DNA of 62,724 nucleotides from a virus (IMGVR_UViG_3300037262_000044:1-62724); one strand, 5' to 3'. Numbered from the stretch's first letter, positions 29,624 through 38,995 are shown. The notes: generated from the sequence alone by a model not told the origin. Numbers and translations are program-made.

Positions 29624-32600
29624 TTGAAGAAACTTATTACGATACTGTTTCTTTGTCCCATTATGGCTTTCTGTCAGGATGGACAAGTCGGACCCGGAGA
29701 ATATCAAGGGGGATACATCCGACAATCGGATGGGACACTATGGGCCTACACAAATGCATTGGGTAATGTGGGTAGTGGCGGATCAGGAACTATCGGATTG
29801 CCTATTCAAGTCGTAGTATCTCCGTCGAATCTTCAGTTTGCCTATGTCGCTGGTGGATTACATGGGCTCGCCGCCATAGACGTAAATGGATATGTCTGGA
29901 CAACCGGGGACAATAGTACCTGCTCTCTGGGAAGCGGAACCAGCAGCACGGTAGCGACAAATGCCTATAAAATCACCGTGGATAGTTCTGGAAACGCCTT
30001 CAATAGCGTTGCTTCATTGGCTGCGTTTTTTGTTGGGAATGCCTATCAAGGTTGGTTAGCGATCAAATCAAACGGAACTTTATGGACTTGGGGCGGCGAT
30101 ACACTCGGAATGAAAGGAAACGGTTCTTTGGGAAATGCTTGTTCTGCTCCTGTTCAAATACTCATTCCTGGGGGTAGATTGGCTAAACAGATCATCGGGG
30201 GGGCTTATGGAATGGTTCTTTGTACCGACGGTACTGTTTTCACATGGGGCAATACCAGTTGGAGTGGTGCCGAGCTTTATTATCCACTTGGGTACACAGG
30301 CTCAGGAACGCAATACACCCTCTTACATCAAATCGCTAATGCCAGCGCTAACATAACCATGATAGCAGGCGGAAATCATTTCAACTTCGCCTTAGCTGCT
30401 AATGATACAATATGGACATGGGGGGTATATGGCAACATGATGGGCGGCATTAACTCAGGAGGTGATCCGACCGGAAACGGAGGAACCGTACCCCTGCCGG
30501 TAAATGCCCGCGATAGTATCACCGGTTATCTGGATGCCCCTGTATCGGATATCGTTACCTCGATGGGGTCCACACATATCATCACTACCAATGGAACTTT
30601 ATGGGGGTTCGGAGATCAGGCGCAAGGGGAAGTGGGAGTAGGTCCTGAATTGAATTACTACGACTCCGCTATCTCAACATGGCCGGGAACGTATGGACTG
30701 GCTCTCATTAAGCACCCCGTACAGGTCACCTATAAAACGAACTGGACGAATATTTATTCCGGGGCTACCTTTCAAAGATACGTAGTTGTCAAAGATGCCT
30801 TGGATTCTCTCTATGCCTGCGGACGAAACAAAGGAACAGTTGTCATCAATGGTATCAATGGGGGGGATCTAAGCGGCAATCAGGGCAGCAGCTATCCGAA
30901 TGGCTGGGATGTGCCGACAATTGCGCCGGTTAGCTTATGGGCTATCGGGGGGCAAGGAGGGCCATGGAAATCAATGGCCAAGTATTGCGCCTTCAATCCG
31001 ACAGCTACTTATTGTTCCAATTACACCCCGCCCGCCGAAAGCCCACCCGTCGCCAATGCCGGGGGTAACCAGAGCATCAGCGGCACCACTACCACGCTCA
31101 ACGGATCATCCAGTACAGCAACCTATCACATTTCTTATTGGATGTGGACTCAGGTATCTGGACCAACCGCAGCCAAAATTCAAGTCTCCGGCGCGTCCAT
31201 TACCTCAGTATCTAACCTGACTACGGGCACCTACGTTTTTAAATTGGGCATTACGGACAACGAGTGGGATAGCAGTTCGGCCACGATGAACGTAGTAGTG
31301 AACTCCACCACACAGACCAATTTTTACTTCTCCGGCGCCGGGTCCGGCACCTCCTGCACATCTGGTGCGCCGTGTGCAATTTCTTATCTTTCCAGTGCCG
31401 GGATTACTTCCGGGGATACAGTAAGCCTTAATCGTGGCGATGTCTTTTATACCGAGATCATCCCTGTGTCAGGGGTGTACTATACCGCTTATGGGACCGG
31501 AGCCATGCCAAAGGTATTGGGCATGACCGCGCTATCTTTTACGAACGTGAGCGGTAACGAGTACCAGGCCACCTATTCCGGGGTTACTCCGCAGCTACTG
31601 GTCATGGACGGCTACCTGAAGAGCATAGCCATGACACCGAATAAAAGCAGCCCGGCCTTTGTTTTCGCGCCCGCTTCCAGCAGTACGACCACGGTATATG
31701 ATGCTGTCAACGCACCCAAAGCGCCGGTAGGTACCAAATTGGTCGTCTACAGCAGCGCCTATACCCGGGATACCTGTAGAGTGACAGGCCAGACATCGAC
31801 GATCCTGACTGTCGCGCCGGCCGTCAGTTATGTCAATGTCGGCGGTGACGGCTGGCGGATACTGAATAATTTCCCGGATAGCGCCTTCGAATGGCAGGAT
31901 ACCAACAGTGTGATCCGGATGAACCTGCCCGGCGGAACGTCCGGTCACACGTTCTCCGTTCCCAACCAGGGATACGTCATCAAATCGACGGCCTCTAACT
32001 TTACGATTGATCACTGGGATATCCAGGGAGCTGATACAGCCTTGGTTCTCCTATCGTCAGGTAGTAATATCTCCTTCACCAATGACAGCCTGTTATACGG
32101 CTTTGACGGGATATGGAGTCTCGCGTATAATGTGAAAGTAAAAAACTGCTTCATCGGCCGCATCACCGATAATGGCTTCACGTCGTATGGGAATACCGCC
32201 ATTAAAGACAGTATTCTATCCTCAACCTTCCTGGATATCGGCATGACCGTGGGTATGGGCGGCAGTAGCGCAGCCGGCCAGTATATGGCTATCAATACCA
32301 TCTACAACCAACCCAGTACCTATGCCGGTGCCGGGGATAGCACGGTCGTTAAATACTGCAGCATCAATTATGTTGGCTATATGCCCATTTATTTCTCCGG
32401 CAACAACTCGCATGCGGATAGTAACAGTGTGGGCAATTATGACCAAAATCACGAGGACGGAGGCGGCATTTATATGCACGAGCATGCGGTAGTCGCCTTC
32501 CCGATCAAAAGCACCATCGCCGGAAATTATATCTATAAGGGCGGCAGCATCATGTCTCAGGACGGCACCACTACCGGGCCGCTAACTAACGGGGTATATC

Positions 32601-33202
32601 TGGATGCATCCAGGGATAGCGTCCTGGTCTCTTATAATACCGTCGACACCGTTGATAATGCCTCCTACTATAATCATGGTCCCGGAAACTCCTTCCTGTA
32701 TAATACCAGTCTCGGAAGCGCCCTGGAAGAGTTCGAGTCCTTTGAATTCAGCGGGGGCCCGACGATTACAGGGTTGAAAGTCAAGCACAATATCTTCTCT
32801 GGGAATACTTCCGGCTCCCAGGTTATCCACTTAGAAACTGTTAATAACGACATCACCACCTTCGGGACGATTGACAGCAATTATTTCAATCATTCCTCCA
32901 ATTCGACCGCTTTCTACAAAAAGGATAATACCGGCGGCGGGGTAAGTATGTCCTTCTCAGCCTGGAAAACGACCTACACGGGTTATGACCAGCACAGCAG
33001 CTTCCAGCAATGGCCCTTCACCCTGATTGGGGTTCCGGGGACGGCTTCTCAGACGATCTGGCTTCCCGGTATTTATGTAACGCCCGGCGGTCTGGTCTAT
33101 GGAAGTTTTGTCTTACCTTCCTATCAAAGTACGCTCGGGTCACTTCAAAGTTCGGGGACTCGAATTAGAATCAAAACCGTCTCGTCAATGGGACACCCAT
33201 AA
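29624..33202 (+). CDS. RCC1/BLIP-II repeat + PKD + right-handed beta-helix protein with a Sec signal peptide
   Basis: TTG start MKKLITILFLCPIMAFC|Q; repeated G.VWTWG; PPVANAGGNQSI...WTQVSGP (PKD); EDGGGIY. Confidence 0.8.
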   Translation: MKKLITILFLCPIMAFCQDGQVGPGEYQGGYIRQSDGTLWAYTNALGNVGSGGSGTIGLPIQVVVSPSNLQFAYVAGGLHGLAAIDVNGYVWTTGDNSTCSLGSGTSSTVATNAYKITVDSSGNAFNSVASLAAFFVGNAYQGWLAIKSNGTLWTWGGDTLGMKGNGSLGNACSAPVQILIPGGRLAKQIIGGAYGMVLCTDGTVFTWGNTSWSGAELYYPLGYTGSGTQYTLLHQIANASANITMIAGGNHFNFALAANDTIWTWGVYGNMMGGINSGGDPTGNGGTVPLPVNARDSITGYLDAPVSDIVTSMGSTHIITTNGTLWGFGDQAQGEVGVGPELNYYDSAISTWPGTYGLALIKHPVQVTYKTNWTNIYSGATFQRYVVVKDALDSLYACGRNKGTVVINGINGGDLSGNQGSSYPNGWDVPTIAPVSLWAIGGQGGPWKSMAKYCAFNPTATYCSNYTPPAESPPVANAGGNQSISGTTTTLNGSSSTATYHISYWMWTQVSGPTAAKIQVSGASITSVSNLTTGTYVFKLGITDNEWDSSSATMNVVVNSTTQTNFYFSGAGSGTSCTSGAPCAISYLSSAGITSGDTVSLNRGDVFYTEIIPVSGVYYTAYGTGAMPKVLGMTALSFTNVSGNEYQATYSGVTPQLLVMDGYLKSIAMTPNKSSPAFVFAPASSSTTTVYDAVNAPKAPVGTKLVVYSSAYTRDTCRVTGQTSTILTVAPAVSYVNVGGDGWRILNNFPDSAFEWQDTNSVIRMNLPGGTSGHTFSVPNQGYVIKSTASNFTIDHWDIQGADTALVLLSSGSNISFTNDSLLYGFDGIWSLAYNVKVKNCFIGRITDNGFTSYGNTAIKDSILSSTFLDIGMTVGMGGSSAAGQYMAINTIYNQPSTYAGAGDSTVVKYCSINYVGYMPIYFSGNNSHADSNSVGNYDQNHEDGGGIYMHEHAVVAFPIKSTIAGNYIYKGGSIMSQDGTTTGPLTNGVYLDASRDSVLVSYNTVDTVDNASYYNHGPGNSFLYNTSLGSALEEFESFEFSGGPTITGLKVKHNIFSGNTSGSQVIHLETVNNDITTFGTIDSNYFNHSSNSTAFYKKDNTGGGVSMSFSAWKTTYTGYDQHSSFQQWPFTLIGVPGTASQTIWLPGIYVTPGGLVYGSFVLPSYQSTLGSLQSSGTRIRIKTVSSMGHP

Positions 33203-33214
33203 AAAATAAAAAAT

Positions 33215-34111
33215 ATGCCTACGGTATCTACTTCAACGATTTCGATCATCCCGGCTCCGGGAATGGCCGCGGAAACGGCTAACATCATGACATATGAATA
33301 TACGGGATATGAGCCGGGCCAGCCGGTGGTATTGATTATTGGCAGCCCCGGCGCGGGGGAAATTGGGACCAATGCCGCTCTTATGCTCAATGCCGGCCCT
33401 TTTACAGCTTTAAAACAGGGAGTGGATTTGGGACTTCCCGGTATCGTCTGCGTAGAGATTCAGAACACAGAACAAGATCCAAGGCCGAAGGAAATGCAGG
33501 GCATGATAAACGCCCTGAAAGCAATATATACCAATATCGTCGCTATCGGAGTCACCGGGTACTCACGTTCCGGGCAGGACTGGGATTGGTTCGCAGGGTT
33601 TGCCGAAACGGATCTTGCAGAAATTAAGTTCATGTTCGAGATCAGTTCGGAAGGACCCGTTATCGGAGAGGCCGGCCTTCCTGGGTCATGGGAGCCTGCG
33701 TGGTTCTTACAATCCGGCGTTCAGTGGTGGGGCGTATGCGGGGATCAGGATTCGTTCTACAATTCGAATTCCAATTCCATGCTTCCGCGTTATAACCAGC
33801 TTAAAGCCGTGGCACCCAATCAGGCCTATTTTACCGTCATGCCGGGCTTGGGACATTCCGGCGCGGTCTGGAATACAGCCTATGCGGTGGGCGGAGTAAA
33901 GAACGCGGCCGGTCAGGATTTCTGGACATGGGCTGCCTCTTTTGCTCCCGCTGTTGTTGCACCTCCGGTTGTTGTCGCTCCTGCCGCTGGACTGCAATTG
34001 GTATCAGCTACAACCGCTCAATTAGCGCTGGTAACGCCTACAGCTGGCCTTACTTACTTCAATTCAACGACTGGAAAAATAACCGTCGGTAACGGGACGA
34101 TCTGGCAATGA
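33215..34111 (+). CDS. Alpha/beta-hydrolase (esterase-like) with a fibre-type C-terminal motif
   Basis: VTGYSRSG nucleophile elbow, CGDQD, PGLGH. Confidence 0.65.
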   Translation: MPTVSTSTISIIPAPGMAAETANIMTYEYTGYEPGQPVVLIIGSPGAGEIGTNAALMLNAGPFTALKQGVDLGLPGIVCVEIQNTEQDPRPKEMQGMINALKAIYTNIVAIGVTGYSRSGQDWDWFAGFAETDLAEIKFMFEISSEGPVIGEAGLPGSWEPAWFLQSGVQWWGVCGDQDSFYNSNSNSMLPRYNQLKAVAPNQAYFTVMPGLGHSGAVWNTAYAVGGVKNAAGQDFWTWAASFAPAVVAPPVVVAPAAGLQLVSATTAQLALVTPTAGLTYFNSTTGKITVGNGTIWQ

Positions 34112-34473
34112 AAGACAAGGTCAATCAATATGATCTTTTGCGGGAAATGATTGCTGGATTGCGGCGCGAGATGGCACTCAAAGATCAACAGTTGATATTG
34201 CAGGCTAAGGAATATGAACGCCGGTTGCTGGACCTAAATCATGAAAATGACAGGATTAAAGAGGTTCAAAAGTTGTCGGTATTAAGAGAGGTTTTCGATC
34301 GGGAAACGGGTAACATAAACGCTAAAACGCAGATCAATACCGACTACATCAATACGGTGAAAGGGAAGGGAACCGGGATGAATTCCTTGTGGGTGATTGC
34401 AGTGGCGGCAGTTTTAGGGATATGCGCCGTTGTGACGGTGATAATCGTAATCCTGACTTACCTGAAAAAATAG
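34108..34473 (+). CDS. Coiled-coil protein with C-terminal TM (lysis region)
   Basis: Heptad region then LWVIAVAAVLGICAVVTVIIVIL. Confidence 0.65.
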   Translation: MKDKVNQYDLLREMIAGLRREMALKDQQLILQAKEYERRLLDLNHENDRIKEVQKLSVLREVFDRETGNINAKTQINTDYINTVKGKGTGMNSLWVIAVAAVLGICAVVTVIIVILTYLKK

Positions 34474-34487
34474 TATTTTTAGAAATC

Positions 34488-34739
34488 ATGAAACCGAAGC
34501 TAACAGAAAAGGAAGCCCTTCAGAAAGCGATCAGCGAGGCGGTGAAATACCTGACCCGCGAACAGAAAAAGAAAGTGTTGGAGCAGATCCGGCTCCTGCG
34601 GGGGGAATGGAATGGCGAACTGAATGAAGGGATTGCCCTCCTGACACTCGAACAGTGTAAGGCTGTCCTGGAATTCATCGCGCTGATGCCGGGCGAAGGA
34701 AAGGGCAGGATTTATCCGGAAGACAAACCGCTTTTATAA
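34488..34739 (+). CDS. Hypothetical protein
   Basis: ATG after an AT-rich leader. Confidence 0.55.
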   Translation: MKPKLTEKEALQKAISEAVKYLTREQKKKVLEQIRLLRGEWNGELNEGIALLTLEQCKAVLEFIALMPGEGKGRIYPEDKPLL

Positions 34740-34760
34740 ACCTTTAAAAAATAAACCTTT

Positions 34761-34973
34761 ATGGGCTGGTGTATTAAATCAACCGATGGTCAGTACATTT
34801 CCGGCATGGAAGACGGAGAGGCGCAATGGACAGACGATTTTCAAAAATCCTGGTGGTGGGACTGCGAGGATGACGCGCAGTGGTACATTGATGAAAACGA
34901 CATCGAGGACGCAGATCCCGAGGATTCCAATGGCTCCAGCCCTCCCGGTAATGGTCAACCAGGCAAGCCGTGA
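34761..34973 (+). CDS. Small acidic Trp-rich protein
   Basis: 70 aa, AT-rich leader, GTGA-coupled to the next gene. Confidence 0.6.
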   Translation: MGWCIKSTDGQYISGMEDGEAQWTDDFQKSWWWDCEDDAQWYIDENDIEDADPEDSNGSSPPGNGQPGKP

Positions 34974-35365
34974 GGAACCGGATAGCCGAGGCGCTGATGT
35001 TTCTCAGTTGGCCCGTCTGCCTCATTCACCGGTATTGGCAAAGCGCCCCCTATCACCCGGTTAGATGGGTGGTTTATGACAAAACCGTGTTGGAGGATTT
35101 CAGATGGCCGATTTATCATGTTGAGCTTTGGCTGTCCGCTGTTTTTGTTCTTTTGGCCTGGTTAATCTCTACCTGCAAAACGCCGACCCTTCGAATTCTA
35201 CTCTTGGCGAACCTCTTGATCAGTGTGGTAGACATTGTGCATTACTGGCTCTTTTTCCGGCGCAACGAATGGTTTTTAGGTGGAGAGGGCACGGTAATGG
35301 TAGTAGCAACGGTTATAATTACTTACAATGCTTCAACAACAAAAAGACATGAAAAAGCCCGTTGA
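34970..35365 (+). CDS. Multi-pass membrane protein
   Basis: About four hydrophobic segments. Confidence 0.6.
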   Translation: MRNRIAEALMFLSWPVCLIHRYWQSAPYHPVRWVVYDKTVLEDFRWPIYHVELWLSAVFVLLAWLISTCKTPTLRILLLANLLISVVDIVHYWLFFRRNEWFLGGEGTVMVVATVIITYNASTTKRHEKAR

Positions 35366-35633
35366 GTGGTGGCACCTTATCTTTCAGACAGCCTTATTCG
35401 TCGCCGCTTTGGGGGGAATGTTGTGGAATTTTTCGACAAATACCCAGCAACAGAAAGATGACATCCTATTCCTGAAACAGCGAATGGACAATCTGGAACA
35501 CGTCCGGCACGATGACTTCCTTTTGCAGAAAGCAGACATGGATGAATTGAAGGGGAACATCAAGGAGTTGAATCAGAAAGTGGATGATGTAAGGGTTATT
35601 TTGCAAAATAAAGTTGACCGGCAAAACAAATAA
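35349..35633 (+). CDS. N-terminal TM + coiled-coil protein (holin/XhlA-like)
   Basis: WWHLIFQTALFVAALGGMLW then heptads. Confidence 0.55.
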   Translation: MKKPVEWWHLIFQTALFVAALGGMLWNFSTNTQQQKDDILFLKQRMDNLEHVRHDDFLLQKADMDELKGNIKELNQKVDDVRVILQNKVDRQNK

Positions 35634-35637
35634 AAAT

Positions 35638-36267
35638 ATGGCGTCAGGCATCGATTATACTAGGTATTTGGGGAAAAAATTCAACCGTCTGACAGTCTTG
35701 TCTTTTGAGATGAAATGGGATGGCTGTATTTTTATGGCAGAATGCGAATGTGGAATAAAAAAATGGTATGATGCCGGCAGTGTGCTCACTGGACATACCA
35801 AATCTTGCGGGTGCCTAAAAATAGAAATTGCCACCAAACGAATGACTACTCACGGAAATTCTTCGCACCCCCTAAGAGGAGTAATGGCAAGCATGTATTC
35901 CAGATGTTACTGCGAAAAACATGGGTCATACCCGAATTATGGCGGTAGAGGAATTGGCATCTGCCAAGAATGGTTGGATAATTTTTTGCTCTTTTTTGAA
36001 TGGGCAATAAGGAACGGATGGGAAAGAGGACTTCAAATTGATAGGATAGATAATGACAAGGATTATGGTCCAGAAAATTGCAGAATAGTTACCAGGCATC
36101 AGCAAAACAGAAATAAAAGGAATAATATCAACATCACATTCAACGGTGAAACGAAGTGTCTTAAGGATTGGGCTGATCAAATAGGAATTAATAGCTGTGC
36201 ATTGAAATACAGGCTAAAGACGTGGGATTTAGAAAGGGCCATGACAACCCCTAACTTGCAGCATTAA
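35638..36267 (+). CDS. HNH homing endonuclease
   Basis: CECG...SCGC, YGGRGI.ICQEW, IDRIDND.DY.PENCR. Confidence 0.9.
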   Translation: MASGIDYTRYLGKKFNRLTVLSFEMKWDGCIFMAECECGIKKWYDAGSVLTGHTKSCGCLKIEIATKRMTTHGNSSHPLRGVMASMYSRCYCEKHGSYPNYGGRGIGICQEWLDNFLLFFEWAIRNGWERGLQIDRIDNDKDYGPENCRIVTRHQQNRNKRNNINITFNGETKCLKDWADQIGINSCALKYRLKTWDLERAMTTPNLQH

Positions 36268-36309
36268 GCCGATAGGGCGAAATAGATTTTTTAACTTAAA
36301 CAATATACA

Positions 36310-36744
36310 ATGACACAGGACAATTTATTGAGCTTTCTCCGGGCGCTTTTGATTATGGTCGGCTCCTATGTGGTCGGGCACAATGTTTTCGGACATCCCG
36401 TTGACTCTTCGACCTGGCAGATCATCGCTGGGGCCATCGTTACGGTTGCCAGTACTATATGGGGGATAGCGGCCAAAACTTCCAATATCGAAGGGATTGA
36501 AAGCGCCGTCCGATCTGTCATCACCTCGGTCGGAGGATTGTTCGTATCCGCCGGTGTACTCTCGGGAGATAACCTGAATGCTATTCTCGGGCTGGTGACC
36601 GCTATTGCCCCGGCTCTGCAAAGCGCCCTGAGCAAATCTAAGAACCAGCAGATTGCAGCAGGGACGGTCACGCCCACGGCCACCGGAAAGGCAACAACTG
36701 CAGTTCAGGGCACCCCTCCATCCCTTTCATCGGCAACGAAATGA
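36310..36744 (+). CDS. Putative holin, four TM, internally duplicated
   Basis: Two similar R..L...G...V..G two-helix units; upstream of the endolysin. Confidence 0.65.
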   Translation: MTQDNLLSFLRALLIMVGSYVVGHNVFGHPVDSSTWQIIAGAIVTVASTIWGIAAKTSNIEGIESAVRSVITSVGGLFVSAGVLSGDNLNAILGLVTAIAPALQSALSKSKNQQIAAGTVTPTATGKATTAVQGTPPSLSSATK

Positions 36745-36860
36745 CAGAGCGCGACCAAAAGATCGTACTTTTGGTCATCCTCGGGTGCGTCGGGATCGTC
36801 GGCCTCGGGGCGGTGATCGGCTACCTGTTAGGCCTTGTTTTTGATTCGCCCTTTCGATAA
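36741..36860 (+). CDS. 39-aa single-TM peptide (absent from the ORF track)
   Basis: ATGA overlap with holin stop; MTERDQKIVLLVILGCVGIVGLGAVIGYLLGLVFDSPFR. Confidence 0.55.
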   Translation: MTERDQKIVLLVILGCVGIVGLGAVIGYLLGLVFDSPFR

Positions 36861-36885
36861 TTATTCACACATAAAATTCAAACAA

Positions 36886-37416
36886 ATGGGATTATTTTCA
36901 AAAACCGGCTTCTTTGGCAAAATATGGGGCGGCATCAAAAGTGCGGTATCCACAGTTTTCAAAGACGCGCAGGTTGAGTTTTTACCCGAAATCATTACGA
37001 TCACCGAGGACATTAACCAAGCGGTTAATTCCGGAGTGGTCGAAGACATTGTGGCCGCCCTCAGTCCTGAACTCGCAGGGGTGCCCGCGGCGATTTTAAA
37101 AGGCGCCCAGATATTAGGCCCTAAGATTTTGGCAACCGAGTTGGGGTTGGAAGCCTTGGGAGAGGCCCCGACAGAGGCAGCAACAGCGGCCTGGGTACAG
37201 TCCGTTATTGCCGCCTATGCAAAAGCGTCCATTGCCACTACGTCTAAAATCTGGATCAGCTTGGCGACCTCCCTTACCGTTCTGTATAACCAGGGGAAAG
37301 CAGAGAACGCCACATGGAACGAGTGGGAAAATCTCGCTCAGCAGGCCTTTAACCAGGTTCAGGCCGCTATTGCCGCCGCTAAAGCTAATCCGGCGAATGC
37401 GACTGCGGCTTCTTAA
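36886..37416 (+). CDS. Ala-rich helical lysis-region protein
   Basis: ATG at 36886; amphipathic N-terminus. Confidence 0.65.
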   Translation: MGLFSKTGFFGKIWGGIKSAVSTVFKDAQVEFLPEIITITEDINQAVNSGVVEDIVAALSPELAGVPAAILKGAQILGPKILATELGLEALGEAPTEAATAAWVQSVIAAYAKASIATTSKIWISLATSLTVLYNQGKAENATWNEWENLAQQAFNQVQAAIAAAKANPANATAAS

Positions 37417-37434
37417 CCTCAAAATCTTTGTAAC

Positions 37435-38070
37435 ATGCCAACCGTAAAGCAAGCGACCGCCGGCGCAGGATTTGACGTGAATCAGCCCCTCTCGGGCGCA
37501 CAAGCCGCCGCATTTAAGGCTGCAGGCATGGATTTCTGTATCCGCTACCTACCCAGAACGCCGGCGCTGATTTCCGGAAACCTGACCGCAAAAGAAATAG
37601 AGATCATTCTTACCGCAGGCCTCTCGTTAATGGCTGTTCAACATGTCGCCATGCCCGGCTGGGAGCCTAATGCCGCCCTCGGGCTGGAATATGGCTCCTA
37701 CGCCGCCCAATACGCTAAAGAAATCAGCCTTGCGCCCGGAATCAACCTCTGGCTTGATCTGGAAGGGGTGGGACGGCGGGTAAAAGCCGAAGATGTGATT
37801 GCCTATTGCCAGGCGTGGTATACCGCCGTCAGTGCATCTGGCTACGTGCCGGGTCTTTACGTAGGCTGGAATGTGGTCCTTTCGGATCAGCAACTGTACG
37901 ACTTGCCCTTTGCTCATTACTGGAAGGCCTATAATTGCGATCAAAGCATTCCAACAGAGGGATGGCAGATTTTGCAGCATCCGCAATTAAGGATGAGCGG
38001 AATAGAATACGACCCGGATACCATTCAGGCCGACGAATTGGGGGATTTGCCGGTTTGGGTCAGCGCATAA
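37435..38070 (+). CDS. Endolysin, DUF1906/GH25-like muramidase
   Basis: GFD, FCIRY, NLTAKE, WLDLE, GYVPGLY. Confidence 0.85.
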   Translation: MPTVKQATAGAGFDVNQPLSGAQAAAFKAAGMDFCIRYLPRTPALISGNLTAKEIEIILTAGLSLMAVQHVAMPGWEPNAALGLEYGSYAAQYAKEISLAPGINLWLDLEGVGRRVKAEDVIAYCQAWYTAVSASGYVPGLYVGWNVVLSDQQLYDLPFAHYWKAYNCDQSIPTEGWQILQHPQLRMSGIEYDPDTIQADELGDLPVWVSA

Positions 38071-38098
38071 CTTTTTCTTGTTCATGGGTTTTGGAGGT

Positions 38099-38125
38099 GC
38101 CCCGGGAGTGATCTCGGGGCTTTTT
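38099..38125 (+). terminator. Intrinsic terminator closing the late operon
   Basis: GCCCCGGGA-GTGA-TCTCGGGGC then TTTTT. Confidence 0.8.
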
Positions 38126-38270
38126 CGTAGCTTCGCCTCGGCTTTTAATAGGATATTTGATTTTAGAGAACGGGCCGGGGATTCTTCCTCAGGCCCTTTT
38201 TGTATAATCCGTTGAAATTTTGCGAATAATCTTTTGTATAAATGCAAATAATTTTGCAGAATTTTAGGGT

Positions 38271-38504
38271 ATGCTCGATTTGCACCCACGTCAGATTGAA
38301 TTTCTCCGTCTTGTGGTAGAGGATATTACCTATCAAGAAATCGCCGACCGCATGTTTGTCAGCAAAAGGACCGTTGATGGGTACGCTGAAGATCTTCTTT
38401 TCCAATTCAATCTTCGTTCCCGGATAGGACTTATTCGATTTTCTGTCTCTCACGGTATCGGGGTTATTCCCATTCTAGCTCCTGCATCATCTGCGCTTTT
38501 GTGA
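38271..38504 (+). CDS. Stand-alone LuxR/GerE-type HTH regulator
   Basis: LHPRQIEFLRL...TYQEIADRMFVSKRTVDGY...SRIGL; TAATTTTG -7 box at 38249-38256. Confidence 0.85.
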   Translation: MLDLHPRQIEFLRLVVEDITYQEIADRMFVSKRTVDGYAEDLLFQFNLRSRIGLIRFSVSHGIGVIPILAPASSALL

Positions 38505-38590
38505 TCGACTTGCATTTTCAGCGGGAAATCTTTCTTTTCCTGGCCAAATCATAACCGCACGGCGCATGAGCCGCACTAAAGAGGACGTTG

Positions 38591-38620
38591 GCCCCGGCAA
38601 TCTGGTCGGGGCTGCTTTAT
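38591..38620 (+). terminator. GC-rich hairpin, possible terminator
   Basis: GCCCCGGC/GTCGGGGC stem with an imperfect T tail. Confidence 0.45.
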
Positions 38621-38722
38621 TCTACCCAGTTCCACTATTTTTACACTTTTTTACAAATAATCAACAAAAAATTAAGATTATAACAAATCCTACCATATCT
38701 TTACAACATCAAACAACGCAAA

Positions 38723-38995
38723 ATGAAAAACATATTCTCAACTCCCGAATATAACACTGGTCGCTTTTGGTACTTCGATAATGGGCAATACGCCGAAAAA
38801 TTAGAGATTAAGGAACAGGATCATTACGAAATACTTTATAGTTCTAAAGACGGCAGTGAATTGGGGTTGCGCCATTGGAAAAGTAATGACACAGGGAATA
38901 ATCATTTTGGGGGCGGCCTTTATTCCATATCCGGTCTGACTGGCAAAATGAAAGAAATTTACGAAAATCTTAAAGAGGCTATAGCGGTGGTTTAG
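38723..38995 (+). CDS. Hypothetical protein
   Basis: ATG after an A-rich leader. Confidence 0.6.
   Translation: MKNIFSTPEYNTGRFWYFDNGQYAEKLEIKEQDHYEILYSSKDGSELGLRHWKSNDTGNNHFGGGLYSISGLTGKMKEIYENLKEAIAVV

Noticed and set aside
24669-33202. Diversity-generating retroelement acting on tail fibres
   Set aside because: No reverse transcriptase gene and no template/variable repeat pair seen.
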